Source of the DNA: Parachlamydiales bacterium
GTDB taxonomy: Bacteria; Chlamydiota; Chlamydiia; Chlamydiales; Rhabdochlamydiaceae
Reading direction: 5' to 3'
Assembly (NCBI GenBank): GCA_947474635.1
Contig: CANJJB010000002.1
Location: 6,533-70,532, forward strand
DNA: 64,000 nucleotides
The first letter of the stretch is position 1; every line of letters starts with the position of its first letter. Under the pieces are notes generated by a model. That model ran no database searches. It had not been told where the DNA came from and worked only from the letters and a program-made list of their open reading frames with translations. The translations under genes were made by a program, and so were the position numbers. Of this stretch, positions 19,031 to 28,198 are shown piece after piece.

Positions 19031-19879
19031 TCATTTTTGTCCGTATATCTTGCATTGAGGCAGTTGTGCTGTTAAGTCTGTTAATTGACAAGCATTGAGA
19101 GAATTGTTGAAAGAAAGATCAAGGTGCATTAATTGTTTTAACCCACCAAGAAACGGAGGAATAACCTGAATATCGTTATAGGCAAGACCAATACACATTA
19201 AACTTTTTAAATTTTTAAAAACTTCAGGAAAAACGGTAAATGAATTCTTAAAGAGCACAATGGTACGCAGATTTTCTAACTTTTCAAAAGATTCAGGAAG
19301 ACGTGTGATTTTATTGCCAGAGAAATCAAGATGCCTTAGCTCCGTTAACTTACTAAAAGATGCTCCAGCTGCCGTTAGGTTATTGTCTGAGAAGGTAAGA
19401 TCCGTTAAGGCGGTTAACTCATCAAGAGAATCAGGAAGAGCCTTAAATTGATTATGGCTAAGATCAAGGCTTTGTAAGCTTTTTAAAGTGCCAAAAAATG
19501 AAGGTAAAGTTGATAGGTGGTTGTGCGCAAGATTAAGAATTGTTATGCTTCTTAACCAGGCAAAAGGTTTTGGAATATCTCTGAGTTCTTTCCATGAAAG
19601 CTCCAGTGTGTCTAGCTTGGTTAAAAGGAGCTCATAAGGTCTTGCAACATCTGAATGCTTAGATAAACTTTGGCAGATAAGTTGAAAGGTCTTGTTTATT
19701 TTTATGGCCGTCTTTAATCCCTGAGAACACTCAGATAGATTTAAGATATCTCGAACTGAGAGAGTTTGTTCAAAAATGATGATCTGTAAAACCTCTGATG
19801 GTAAGAATTCAAATGTTTTTGGCTCGGTAAGTTCTAATCTTGGGGCTATAGCTGAAAATAAAGGGTTGATGCTATCCAT
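19031..19879 (-). CDS. F-box-like / leucine-rich-repeat protein (eukaryote-like effector candidate)
   Basis: N-terminal LPSEVLQIIIFEQTLSVRDILNLSECSQGLKTAI fits the F-box consensus. About 8 LRRs of the LxxLxLxxNxLxxLP type follow, for example LQSLDLSHNQFKALPDS. Confidence 0.75.
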   Translation of the reverse strand: MDSINPLFSAIAPRLELTEPKTFEFLPSEVLQIIIFEQTLSVRDILNLSECSQGLKTAIKINKTFQLICQSLSKHSDVARPYELLLTKLDTLELSWKELRDIPKPFAWLRSITILNLAHNHLSTLPSFFGTLKSLQSLDLSHNQFKALPDSLDELTALTDLTFSDNNLTAAGASFSKLTELRHLDFSGNKITRLPESFEKLENLRTIVLFKNSFTVFPEVFKNLKSLMCIGLAYNDIQVIPPFLGGLKQLMHLDLSFNNSLNACQLTDLTAQLPQCKIYGQK

Positions 19880-20153
19880 GTCGTTTTCCTGCTTGAGTTG
19901 TGTGCGAGAGGCGTGTTTTTACAGCTTTTTTATTTTTCTTGCAATAGACATCTTTCGTATTAAAAAATCTGATTTTTTTAAAAAAATGCCCCCTGTTATT
20001 TTCTTCCGACACCTTCCTGACAAAAAAACTATTTTTTTGGTTAGAAAATTACTATTCTTAAGCAACTTGCAACAAAGTTTTTATTGGTGAAAAACAAAGC
20101 TTTATTATATCATCGCGGAAAATAAATTTTATCTTTAAAAAAAGGAAGGAAAA

Positions 20154-22049
20154 ATGGACACATTAAGCAGAATAAAAGTATATCCCAAAATCTCATCGTT
20201 TGTCTCTGCAGTATATACACAAGGATGCCAGAGCCTTAGCAAAAAACAGACAGCTTTTTGTTTAGGAGTGATCACAGCTCTTGGAGCAGCTGTAGGAACT
20301 GCGCGCTATTTGCGCTCGAATGGTTATACTGATCTAGGCACAACATTATCTCATATAATGAACTTTGTTTGGAGAAGAAATGCAGCGACATCAAGTTCAT
20401 CAACGACTCCAAAGCAAGTAAAATCTGAAGCAGCTTCTACTCCGCAGCCTGTTCGAACAGGTACTGATGAAATAGATCAAGAAGTTTCAACTCCCGCTTT
20501 AACCCTTGTTCTCACAGATCGGCCCCAACCTAAAGCTTCTTTTATATTTGAGCAAGCAACAGATTCTGCTGTTCAAGCTAGCATTATGGAAGCTATAGAT
20601 AAAATTAAACTAACTGAGCGGGAGAGTTTTATCAATGCGGCAGCATCACTGTTTAACAAAGAAATGAGTAATGATGAAATACTGCGTATTGTCCAAGCTC
20701 TTGCAGCAGAGCCTAATCTGTACACAAGAAATAGGTTTATACAGGAAATTAAAAAGCTATTCTTAATGAATCTTACAAACGAAGATAGGGTATGTATAGC
20801 TGAACATATTGTAGCCGTAGGGATAGCTGGCGTATCACACATGCGATCCCTCATGAGAGCGCTTGGTGAGTGCGGTTTTAATATGACTCCTAGATTTCTT
20901 TGTCTTTTCTTAAGTGACTTAAAAGACAGTCAGAAAGACTGCATTTTGGTATGTCGGGAAATGCTTACGTGTATAGATCAACATACAGAGAGTCTTTATG
21001 ATTTATATAACGCAGTAAAAAATAAAACAGCACAGCCTGCAGTGAAAAACCCTGTGATCGATAGGGTAAAGAAAGAGGGATTTAGACCGCTTGCCTCGCC
21101 GACCAAAAGCCCTGTAGGAAATAGCCAAGAGACCGATAACAGAATGTCTGCTGATGAAATAAAAGGACAAATACTTGGTTCTTTTGGCTGGATATTAAAA
21201 GACGATGAGGAGACCGCTAAGTTAGCGGACCTCATGGCTCTGGATCAATTGTCTATAGATTATATCTTTGATCGCGTAAATGAATTTTTTTCAGGAATGC
21301 CTAAGAGTCAAGTAAGTGCGGCCAAAAATGTTTATGATATCTTTAAGATCGCTATCGAAGATGTAAAAGAATCTATTAAAAATAACAGAGTGTTTCAAAA
21401 TGCTGCTGATCTCTTTTTAAGTCATATGGATTTTGTTGATAAAAAGAATATTCTAGATCTTCTAAAAGAGATGAATCCAAGAGAGAGAGCTAATTTTACT
21501 AAACAAGCCCAGCCTCTCATTGAAGAAGGGCTAGAGAGCACTGAAGCATGGCAAATTGTTCACGCTCTTGCGCAAACACCTAAGGGAATAAGACATACAA
21601 TTGTAGAAGCACTTAAAGAGTTATTCAAACAAGATTTTAATGCTGAACAAAAAGTAATCATAATAGGAAATATCTTTGCTATAGGGCTGAAAGATCTAGC
21701 TTCAATGAATAAGTGTAAGGATTTAATGTTGTTCTGTGTAAAGGAGATCGATACTAAGAATTCCAACCTTTGTCTGTCCTCGAGATTTCTTACTGTATTC
21801 TTCGAAGACTTCATTGGAGCTCCCCAGGCTTGTGATGTAATATGTAAGGAAATGGTAAAAATGGTAGATGGCGAGACAGGCAGCCCTTATACCCTGTATG
21901 AACAAATAAAAAACGCTAAGGGCAAGGATGATCCCATACCTCTTTTACATATCGCAGCGCTGAGGAGAAACGTTAGTTTTAACAGGCTTGATCGTCAATC
22001 TCGACAACCTTTTCTTTCACCTGTTCAAGCGGGTGGGACTCCTAAGTAA
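20154..22049 (+). CDS. hypothetical membrane-anchored protein with internal domain duplication, 631 aa
   Basis: One N-terminal TM segment (FCLGVITALGAAVG). Residues ~155-300 and ~410-600 are homologous to each other. Confidence 0.7.
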   Translation: MDTLSRIKVYPKISSFVSAVYTQGCQSLSKKQTAFCLGVITALGAAVGTARYLRSNGYTDLGTTLSHIMNFVWRRNAATSSSSTTPKQVKSEAASTPQPVRTGTDEIDQEVSTPALTLVLTDRPQPKASFIFEQATDSAVQASIMEAIDKIKLTERESFINAAASLFNKEMSNDEILRIVQALAAEPNLYTRNRFIQEIKKLFLMNLTNEDRVCIAEHIVAVGIAGVSHMRSLMRALGECGFNMTPRFLCLFLSDLKDSQKDCILVCREMLTCIDQHTESLYDLYNAVKNKTAQPAVKNPVIDRVKKEGFRPLASPTKSPVGNSQETDNRMSADEIKGQILGSFGWILKDDEETAKLADLMALDQLSIDYIFDRVNEFFSGMPKSQVSAAKNVYDIFKIAIEDVKESIKNNRVFQNAADLFLSHMDFVDKKNILDLLKEMNPRERANFTKQAQPLIEEGLESTEAWQIVHALAQTPKGIRHTIVEALKELFKQDFNAEQKVIIIGNIFAIGLKDLASMNKCKDLMLFCVKEIDTKNSNLCLSSRFLTVFFEDFIGAPQACDVICKEMVKMVDGETGSPYTLYEQIKNAKGKDDPIPLLHIAALRRNVSFNRLDRQSRQPFLSPVQAGGTPK

Positions 22050-22100
22050 TGGTCCTTATATAACACCTTAGAAATAAAGGGGTTGTAGCTTACAGAACAT

Positions 22101-22140
22101 GCTCTTGCATAAGTACTTACGAGCTTATGCAAGAGCTTTT
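22101..22140 (+). terminator. rho-independent terminator
   Basis: 13-bp stem GCTCTTGCATAAG / CTTATGCAAGAGC with a 10-nt loop, followed by TTTT. It lies 50 nt after the stop at 22049. Confidence 0.65.
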
Positions 22141-22204
22141 AATGATTGTACTAATGACCCCATCCTGCTATAATTATGAAATAATTTTAATATAGGGTCT
22201 TTAT

Positions 22205-23083
22205 ATGAACTACTTCTGGAACAGGTTATTTGCCCGCTTTGTTGATTATGGGACGTTTTACCTATCGGGTATCCTTGTTTATCTGATGCTTCCCTTGGAA
22301 TGGGGAGAGTATTTCTATTGTTTCTTTGCTTTGGCTGTACCCTTCATTTGGCCTTTTATTGAAGCTATCCTGGTAAGCAGTAAGGGCAAGACCTTAGGTC
22401 AAAAAATGTTCGGCATGAAGATAGAAGATGGTAGGGGATCTACCCTTGCCTTCAAACAAGCTCTTCAGCGAGCTCTCTTTATAGGCAAGAGACCGGGTAT
22501 TATTAAGTTTAAACAGATTAACCGCTACCAGTACTTAGTCACTCTTTTTCTTGCAATAGCGTGCGTTTCTTCCTTGTTTTTAGGAGAAGAGATTTCAAAT
22601 GTTGCTGTTGAATATGAGCAAAATATGACAAAAGAAGGCTGGATTCAGTACTCTTCTAAAGATGAGCGCTTCACAGTGAACTTTCCTAAGAAGCCTGAGC
22701 ATGAAACCCTCTCATTTGATCTTCCTAACTCAGACAAATCTCTAGACTTGAAAGAAGTTAAAGCAGTAGCTGATGTTGAGTTTTCTGTAAGTTACGTAGA
22801 GCTTCCTAGAAAATGGCGTATCTTTAGCTCGACCACGCTTCTTAAAGGTGCTATGAATGTTGTCGTAGAGAACATGCCCGGTGCAAAAATCATGCAAAAA
22901 ACGCACATGAAGTATAAGAACTACCCTGGAATTGACTTCCACATGACCCAAAACGGCAATGAAATTGAAGGAAGATTGATCCTAGTGGGAAGCACTCTTT
23001 ATAAGCTCACTGTCACGCGCCCTCAAGAGATTGCACATGAGGTGCAGCACGAGGAGTTTCTTGATTCGTTTGATCTAAAGTAA
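22205..23083 (+). CDS. RDD-family membrane protein with unknown C-terminal domain
   Basis: N-terminal RDD-type TM domain (RLFARFVDY ... GKTLGQKMFGMKI). The C-terminal ~170 aa is soluble and unassigned. Confidence 0.65.
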   Translation: MNYFWNRLFARFVDYGTFYLSGILVYLMLPLEWGEYFYCFFALAVPFIWPFIEAILVSSKGKTLGQKMFGMKIEDGRGSTLAFKQALQRALFIGKRPGIIKFKQINRYQYLVTLFLAIACVSSLFLGEEISNVAVEYEQNMTKEGWIQYSSKDERFTVNFPKKPEHETLSFDLPNSDKSLDLKEVKAVADVEFSVSYVELPRKWRIFSSTTLLKGAMNVVVENMPGAKIMQKTHMKYKNYPGIDFHMTQNGNEIEGRLILVGSTLYKLTVTRPQEIAHEVQHEEFLDSFDLK

Positions 23084-23096
23084 GTCATTATTCTTG
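23069..23096. repeat. direct repeat, copy 1 (contains stop codons of the RDD gene and of hepT)
   Basis: TTTGATCTAAAGTAAGTCATTATTCTTG, identical to 23821-23848. Confidence 0.9.
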
Positions 23097-23435
23097 TTCT
23101 AGAACAGCAACAATTTGCTTGAGCTGCTCACATAAGGATGGCAGATAATCGCGGAGTGTTTTCCAAACAACATCATGATCAATATGGAAATAGGCATGGA
23201 TCAGGCGATTTCTCATTCCAGTGGTATCTTTCCATGGGATTTGAGGAAATCGCTTTTGTGTTTTGTTAGAAATTTTTCCAGCGGCTTCCCCTATAATTTC
23301 AAATTCCCTAACAACAGCTGACAGAAACTGCCTGTCTTTATCCAAATCGATTCTTTTTCTTCCTCGGGCAAAAGAAAGAATAGCTTGAGCAGAGTCAAGC
23401 ATATGTTTAAAGCGAATTAAATCTTTATTTTCCAT
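23088..23435 (-). CDS. hepT: HepT-like HEPN/DUF86 toxin
   Basis: 115 aa with HEPN motif R-x4-H-x-Y (RNRLIHAY). Confidence 0.85.
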   Translation of the reverse strand: MENKDLIRFKHMLDSAQAILSFARGRKRIDLDKDRQFLSAVVREFEIIGEAAGKISNKTQKRFPQIPWKDTTGMRNRLIHAYFHIDHDVVWKTLRDYLPSLCEQLKQIVAVLEQE

Positions 23436-23733
23436 AGATAGTGTATGCTTTTTCTAAGACGTCATTTCGGAAGAAAGGGCTTAAATCGTTCGGAGTTTTT
23501 AAATCGACTTTTCGCCCAATAATTTCGCCAAGTTCTGATTCAATACCTGCAAAGCTGAAAAGATGAGGAATGTGTTTTTTTTCAAATTTGACCAATATGT
23601 CTACGTCACTTTTCTCTGAAAAACTAGAAGTTAAAATAGATCCAAAAAGAGCCAAATAAACAATATGGTATCTTCTACAAAATTTTTCAATCTTACGCTT
23701 GTCCAAGCCGATGGGAATCTTTTTCACGAGCAT
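23425..23733 (-). CDS. mntA: MntA-like minimal nucleotidyltransferase antitoxin
   Basis: 102 aa with LFGS...SDVDILV nucleotidyltransferase motif. Overlaps the hepT start by 11 nt. Confidence 0.85.
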   Translation of the reverse strand: MLVKKIPIGLDKRKIEKFCRRYHIVYLALFGSILTSSFSEKSDVDILVKFEKKHIPHLFSFAGIESELGEIIGRKVDLKTPNDLSPFFRNDVLEKAYTIYGK

Positions 23734-23820
23734 ACCTCTTTTTTCATTTTAATGGTCCCTCCTTGACTAAGTCAAGAAGTTTGACGTTAGTTCCAAAGGC
23801 GGATGCATTGCTTTCTTAAC

Positions 23821-23848
23821 TTTGATCTAAAGTAAGTCATTATTCTTG
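23821..23848. repeat. direct repeat, copy 2 (relic of the RDD gene 3' end)
   Basis: Identical 28-mer. The preceding bases CTTTCTTAAC resemble TTTCTTGATTCG before copy 1, apart from a 3-nt indel. Confidence 0.9.
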
Positions 23849-23905
23849 CCTTCTTCAGAGCTGATTGTTAAAATAGACGCACATTAAATATTTGGATGGC
23901 TACCT

Positions 23906-24907
23906 GTGCATAATAAAACTGCTACTTTTATTGCTGTGCTTCTGCCTTTTTTTAGTTTGACTGGCTCTGCAGGGGAGTCGCCTGTGTTTGTTTACCAAGA
24001 TGAAGTAGCTCATATAAAACTTGAAAATTTTGATGATCTCTTTGTTGGTAATCCTGTAGACATAGAAAAAAATCTTCAAGCGCTTCTTCCACAGGCAGAG
24101 GCGTTGACAGATAAGTCCATCTACCTCCAAATTTTATCCCAGATAGCTCTTACTCAAGCTCTCCAAAAAAACTTTCAAGCCGCACATGAAACCCTTGATG
24201 CGGCAGAAGGGTTATTAGTTCCCGAATATACTCTTGCTAGAGTGCGGATTTTATGCGAGCGGGGCAGGGTATTTATGCAGTCGGGGAATAATTTAGCTGC
24301 CAGAACATGTTTCGAGCAGTCATTTGAGCTCAGCTCAAGACATCAGTTTGATGCTCATACTATTAATGCAGCTCACATGATCCCATTTGTAATTGTGCCA
24401 GTGGAAGAAAAAATTAAGTGGAATGAACGTGCTATTGAGATGGCTGAAGGCTCGCAACTTGCAAAAGCGCGTCTTTGGAAAGGCTCTCTTTATAATAATT
24501 TAGGCCAAGCTTATCTCGAGTCAAAACAATACGAAAAAGCGCTGCCTGTTTTTAAAAAAGCGCAGGCCTTCCGTGAAGAAGAAGGCTACATTCCCAACAT
24601 TCGGGTGGCTAAGTGGGCTGTAGCACGCACATTGCGGTTTCTTAATTCTACTGAAGAGGCATTAGATATCTTGCTAGCGCTAAATGAGGAATACGATGTC
24701 TTGATAAAATCAGGTAAACTAGATATGCCAGAAGAGATGCTTCTTTATGCCCATGGCCTTCTGCAAGAAGAAATCGCAGAAATCTATTCTACAAAAGCAA
24801 AGACGTTTTCAGGACGTGCCTATGAAGCGCTTTCTCAAAATGAATGGATCAAGAAACTGGATCCTAAGAAGTTGGAGCGTTTAAAACAGCTCAAGGAATC
24901 GGACTGA
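23906..24907 (+). CDS. secreted TPR-repeat protein
   Basis: GTG start, signal-like N-terminus (TATFIAVLLPFFSLTGSAG), and TPR-like helical pairs (for example GSLYNNLGQAYLESKQYEKALPVFKKA). Confidence 0.65.
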   Translation: MHNKTATFIAVLLPFFSLTGSAGESPVFVYQDEVAHIKLENFDDLFVGNPVDIEKNLQALLPQAEALTDKSIYLQILSQIALTQALQKNFQAAHETLDAAEGLLVPEYTLARVRILCERGRVFMQSGNNLAARTCFEQSFELSSRHQFDAHTINAAHMIPFVIVPVEEKIKWNERAIEMAEGSQLAKARLWKGSLYNNLGQAYLESKQYEKALPVFKKAQAFREEEGYIPNIRVAKWAVARTLRFLNSTEEALDILLALNEEYDVLIKSGKLDMPEEMLLYAHGLLQEEIAEIYSTKAKTFSGRAYEALSQNEWIKKLDPKKLERLKQLKESD

Positions 24908-25039
24908 TGAAAAAAATATTCAAAGAGCTAAAAAAAAGGACTTCTAGAAATTGTTGCGCACAAAGAAGGCAAGATAACTCTGAAGTCGGAATCTATTGCG
25001 GTTTCTAACTGCTCAAAAAAATCAAAAAAAGCAAATTAA

Positions 25040-25636
25040 CTAGATCTCTTTCGTCCAAAAGACCAATGTTTTCGGAGTTGGTTTTTCTGCTGTGCTATCT
25101 TTCCAAGATTGTACACATGTCAGATCAGTGCGCTTAATGTAACCACTTTTTTCCCATAGATTGACAAGCGAGGAGTGCTCCTTTGGAGCTGCGGGGGAAA
25201 AACTTGTTCTTACGATAGAAACAAAACAGATCCTTGTAAACCTTTTCAAGTGTTTTGCGTGCTGCTCTCTCATATCAAAAAAGTGGTGCCCTAGGCCCCT
25301 TCCTCTATAAGGCTCTAAAAGAACCGATTGTCCAAAATAAAAGTAGCTTGCAGGGTTCAGGCCCTTGTCTTGGAAGAGTTTTATAAACTCAGGTTCCTGG
25401 CTTTCTAGGGGAGCTCCAATCGCAGCGCCTACTATTTTAGGGCCATCGAACACAAGAACTGCAATGGAATCTTTATTTTGAGCAAATCTTCTTAGGTAGG
25501 CAAGCTCCTCTTCTAGCGTAATCTTGCACAAAAAGGGGTAATCTTTGAAGACAGCAAGTCTTAATTTAGCAATGCTTGAAAGGTAAATCTTTATTCCGCC
25601 ACCCATGAAAGTACGAATATTTATGTTAGATGCCAT
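25040..25636 (-). CDS. GNAT-family N-acetyltransferase
   Basis: 198 aa with an acetyl-CoA loop-like block, YRGRGLGHHFF. Confidence 0.65.
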   Translation of the reverse strand: MASNINIRTFMGGGIKIYLSSIAKLRLAVFKDYPFLCKITLEEELAYLRRFAQNKDSIAVLVFDGPKIVGAAIGAPLESQEPEFIKLFQDKGLNPASYFYFGQSVLLEPYRGRGLGHHFFDMREQHAKHLKRFTRICFVSIVRTSFSPAAPKEHSSLVNLWEKSGYIKRTDLTCVQSWKDSTAEKPTPKTLVFWTKEI

Positions 25637-25775
25637 TTTCCTCCCATATCTACTTTACAAAAGATCCTACAATCGGTAATTTAAGGCTCACAAAGAAATG
25701 AACAGGGCGCTTGATATCGCACAAAGCCCCAAGTTATTTCCTTACGAGTTCTTAAGATTAATCTGAGGAGGAGAT

Positions 25776-26372
25776 ATGGCCAAGCTTTATTTTAGATATG
25801 GAACGATGGGAAGTGCAAAAACATTGAATTTACTAGCTGTCGCTCATAATTACCGCCAGCAAGGCAAAAGGGTTTTACTCCTAAAACCTAGTATGGATGC
25901 TAGATTTGGCTCAAATACTATTACATCGCGTGCAGGACTTGAAATGGAAGCAGATGTTTTAGTAGCAGATGCTACAGATCTTTTTGATATAGACTTTAGC
26001 TGCATTAACTGCATTTTGGTCGATGAAGCTCAATTTTTTTCCATACATCATATACAACAGCTGCGTGATATTGCTCTTATAAAAGATGTTCCTGTTATCT
26101 GTTACGGCCTTAGAACCGACTTCAAAGGAAAGCTATTTCCAGGCTCCATGAGACTCATGGAACTTGCTGACTCTATCGAAGAGATCAAAGCAACTTGCTT
26201 TTTCTGTAACAAGAAGTCGACAATGAACTTAAGACATATCGATGGAAGAGCAGCAATCGACGGCCCCACCATCCAACTCGGCGCAGAAGAGAGTTATTTC
26301 CCTGCTTGCTACCGTTGCTACTATGATCAGATTAAAAATGCTGAGGAAGCTCTAGTCAGCTGCCAAACTTAA
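25776..26372 (+). CDS. tdk: thymidine kinase
   Basis: P-loop GTMGSAKT, DEAQFF, and a C-terminal Zn ribbon CFFC...CYRCY. Confidence 0.93.
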   Translation: MAKLYFRYGTMGSAKTLNLLAVAHNYRQQGKRVLLLKPSMDARFGSNTITSRAGLEMEADVLVADATDLFDIDFSCINCILVDEAQFFSIHHIQQLRDIALIKDVPVICYGLRTDFKGKLFPGSMRLMELADSIEEIKATCFFCNKKSTMNLRHIDGRAAIDGPTIQLGAEESYFPACYRCYYDQIKNAEEALVSCQT

Positions 26373-27520
26373 ATCTCATCATTGAGAATTTTTGCTCTAT
26401 AATCATTCATGAGCTGTACCATAAAGTATAGGTTGTGAATGGTTGTCAGGGTGAGTGCTGTCACTTCTTTGGCTTTAAAAAGATGGTGGATGTAGGCAAC
26501 GCTGAACTGTCTACATGTAGGGCAGAGGCATTCTTTGTCAATCGGCTCGAAGTTTCTAGCATTTTCACCTTTAGTGATGTTAAGATTGCCTTGAGGAGTG
26601 AGTGCCGTTCCATGTCTTGCAGATCTTGTGGGATAAGAGCTATCGAATGTATCAATACCAAGGGGGATGGAGGCTTCAATCGAACTTAAATCTCCAATAC
26701 CGAGTAGGTGATTAGGCTTATCAGAAGGAATAAGGGGAAGAAGGGTTGAGAGCATCTCGATCATTTCTGTTTTATTTTTCCCCACGCTTCCACCAATTGC
26801 AAATCCATCAAAGGGAAGATCTGCTAAAAACTCGCAGCTTTTACGGCGAAGAGCTGCGCTTACTCCGCCGTGAATGACAGCGTACATCGCTTGATCTTGG
26901 GGATTTTGCAAATGAGCATCAAGTGATCTTTTTTCCCAGCGGTGCGTGCGCTCAAGAGACTCTTCGAGAAGCTTAGAGCAGATGTGATACGGCGGCAATT
27001 CATCAAAGGGGATGATGATGTCAGCGCCTAAATCTTTTTGCGCGGCAATTGAGCTTTCCGGTGTCAGCATTACTTTCGAGCCATCTCTATAGGAGCGGAA
27101 GAGCACGCCTTCTTCTGTGATTTTTAAAACAGACCCATCAGTTTTTTTTGTTCCTTTGCTTTTTAACTCATTTGCAACAGAGCCGTAGGCTAAGCTAAAA
27201 ACTTGAAAGCCTCCAGAGTCTGTAATGATGGGGAGCTTTCTATTGATGAACTGGTGGAGGCCGCCTGCTTCTTTGACAACTTGTGTCCCCGGCTGCAAGA
27301 GAAGATGGTAGGTGTTGCAGAACATGAGCTGCAGCCCTAGCTGCTCAACTAAGATGCTATCTAACGCTTTGATCGTGCCATTTGTTCCAACAGCTACAAA
27401 GTTAGGGGTATCAATGACTCCATGGGGAGTTGTGATCTTGCCTACTCTTGCGCGCGATTTTGTAGAGGTATGAATGATTTCAAACTTCATGGCGGACAAA
27501 CCTTTTAGAAAATTGCGCAA
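26369..27520 (-). CDS. tgt: tRNA-guanine transglycosylase
   Basis: Blocks FVAVGT, DSGGFQV and LLGIGD, plus Zn site CLCPTC...H. Confidence 0.93.
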   Translation of the reverse strand: MRNFLKGLSAMKFEIIHTSTKSRARVGKITTPHGVIDTPNFVAVGTNGTIKALDSILVEQLGLQLMFCNTYHLLLQPGTQVVKEAGGLHQFINRKLPIITDSGGFQVFSLAYGSVANELKSKGTKKTDGSVLKITEEGVLFRSYRDGSKVMLTPESSIAAQKDLGADIIIPFDELPPYHICSKLLEESLERTHRWEKRSLDAHLQNPQDQAMYAVIHGGVSAALRRKSCEFLADLPFDGFAIGGSVGKNKTEMIEMLSTLLPLIPSDKPNHLLGIGDLSSIEASIPLGIDTFDSSYPTRSARHGTALTPQGNLNITKGENARNFEPIDKECLCPTCRQFSVAYIHHLFKAKEVTALTLTTIHNLYFMVQLMNDYRAKILNDEI

Positions 27521-28145
27521 AAAACGTCATGCTTAAAATGATGACCATTTTGATGAGAAAGCTAAAGATAATAATATCTAAAATAGAAGAGACGAGGCCA
27601 TAGAGTCCAAGTACGCTAAAAAGTAGCGTATCTAGCAGTTGAGAGTTAAAAAGCGCAATCAGGTTCCTTTTATTCCAACTCCATCTCGGGAACTTATCTT
27701 TTAACAGCGCAAAAAACCTAATGTCAACTTGCTGCACTAGAAAAAAAGAGATTAAAGAGGCAATGAGTAGCCGGGGAGTCGGGCTTAGCAGCGCAAGGTA
27801 ATGTAGGTGGGAGGAGTCTTCCAAGCTAGGACTATACATCAGATGCAGCTGGGACATCAGCCCAAAAAAGAGCATCGAAAAGAAGCACAGCCATATCGTT
27901 TGACGGGCGCTTTCTTTCCCAAAATATTCTTGAAGGAGATTTAAGTTAAGCGTAATGCCGACAGCAAAGACATCAGAGCAGGTGATATTCCATCCAAAGA
28001 GCAGCATCTGCTTGAGCACAAAAAAATTAGCCAAAACGGCCATGAGGGCAGCCATTACGATGAGTGCCTGTTGCCCAAGGCGCAAGGCCCCAAAAGATAG
28101 GACCACCACTAAAAGAATGTGAACTACAAAAATCAATTCATTCAT
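27480..28145 (-). CDS. yhhQ: YhhQ/DUF165 queuosine-precursor (or queuine) transporter
   Basis: 221 aa with 6 TM segments. C-terminal blocks (QVDIRFF, NSQLLDTLLF) resemble YhhQ. Overlaps the tgt start by 41 nt. Confidence 0.75.
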   Translation of the reverse strand: MNELIFVVHILLVVVLSFGALRLGQQALIVMAALMAVLANFFVLKQMLLFGWNITCSDVFAVGITLNLNLLQEYFGKESARQTIWLCFFSMLFFGLMSQLHLMYSPSLEDSSHLHYLALLSPTPRLLIASLISFFLVQQVDIRFFALLKDKFPRWSWNKRNLIALFNSQLLDTLLFSVLGLYGLVSSILDIIIFSFLIKMVIILSMTFFAQFSKRFVRHEV

Positions 28146-28198
28146 AGAGAAAAAAGGATACCTGGAAAAGATTTTTTAGGGTACTCTTTTTGCCAATT

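Larger units (their letters stand above)
23069..23848. mobile_element. putative inserted HepT-MntA cassette bounded by 28-bp perfect direct repeats
   Basis: The repeats are described in the features at 23069-23096 and 23821-23848. The repeat period is 752 bp, and the interval holds exactly the two-gene toxin-antitoxin pair. Confidence 0.45.

Noticed and set aside
24907-25008. 33-aa ORF overlapping the TPR gene stop (TGATGA)
   Set aside because: It is very short and Lys/Arg/Cys-rich, has no RBS beyond the overlap, and lies in a convergent spacer. The evidence is insufficient.
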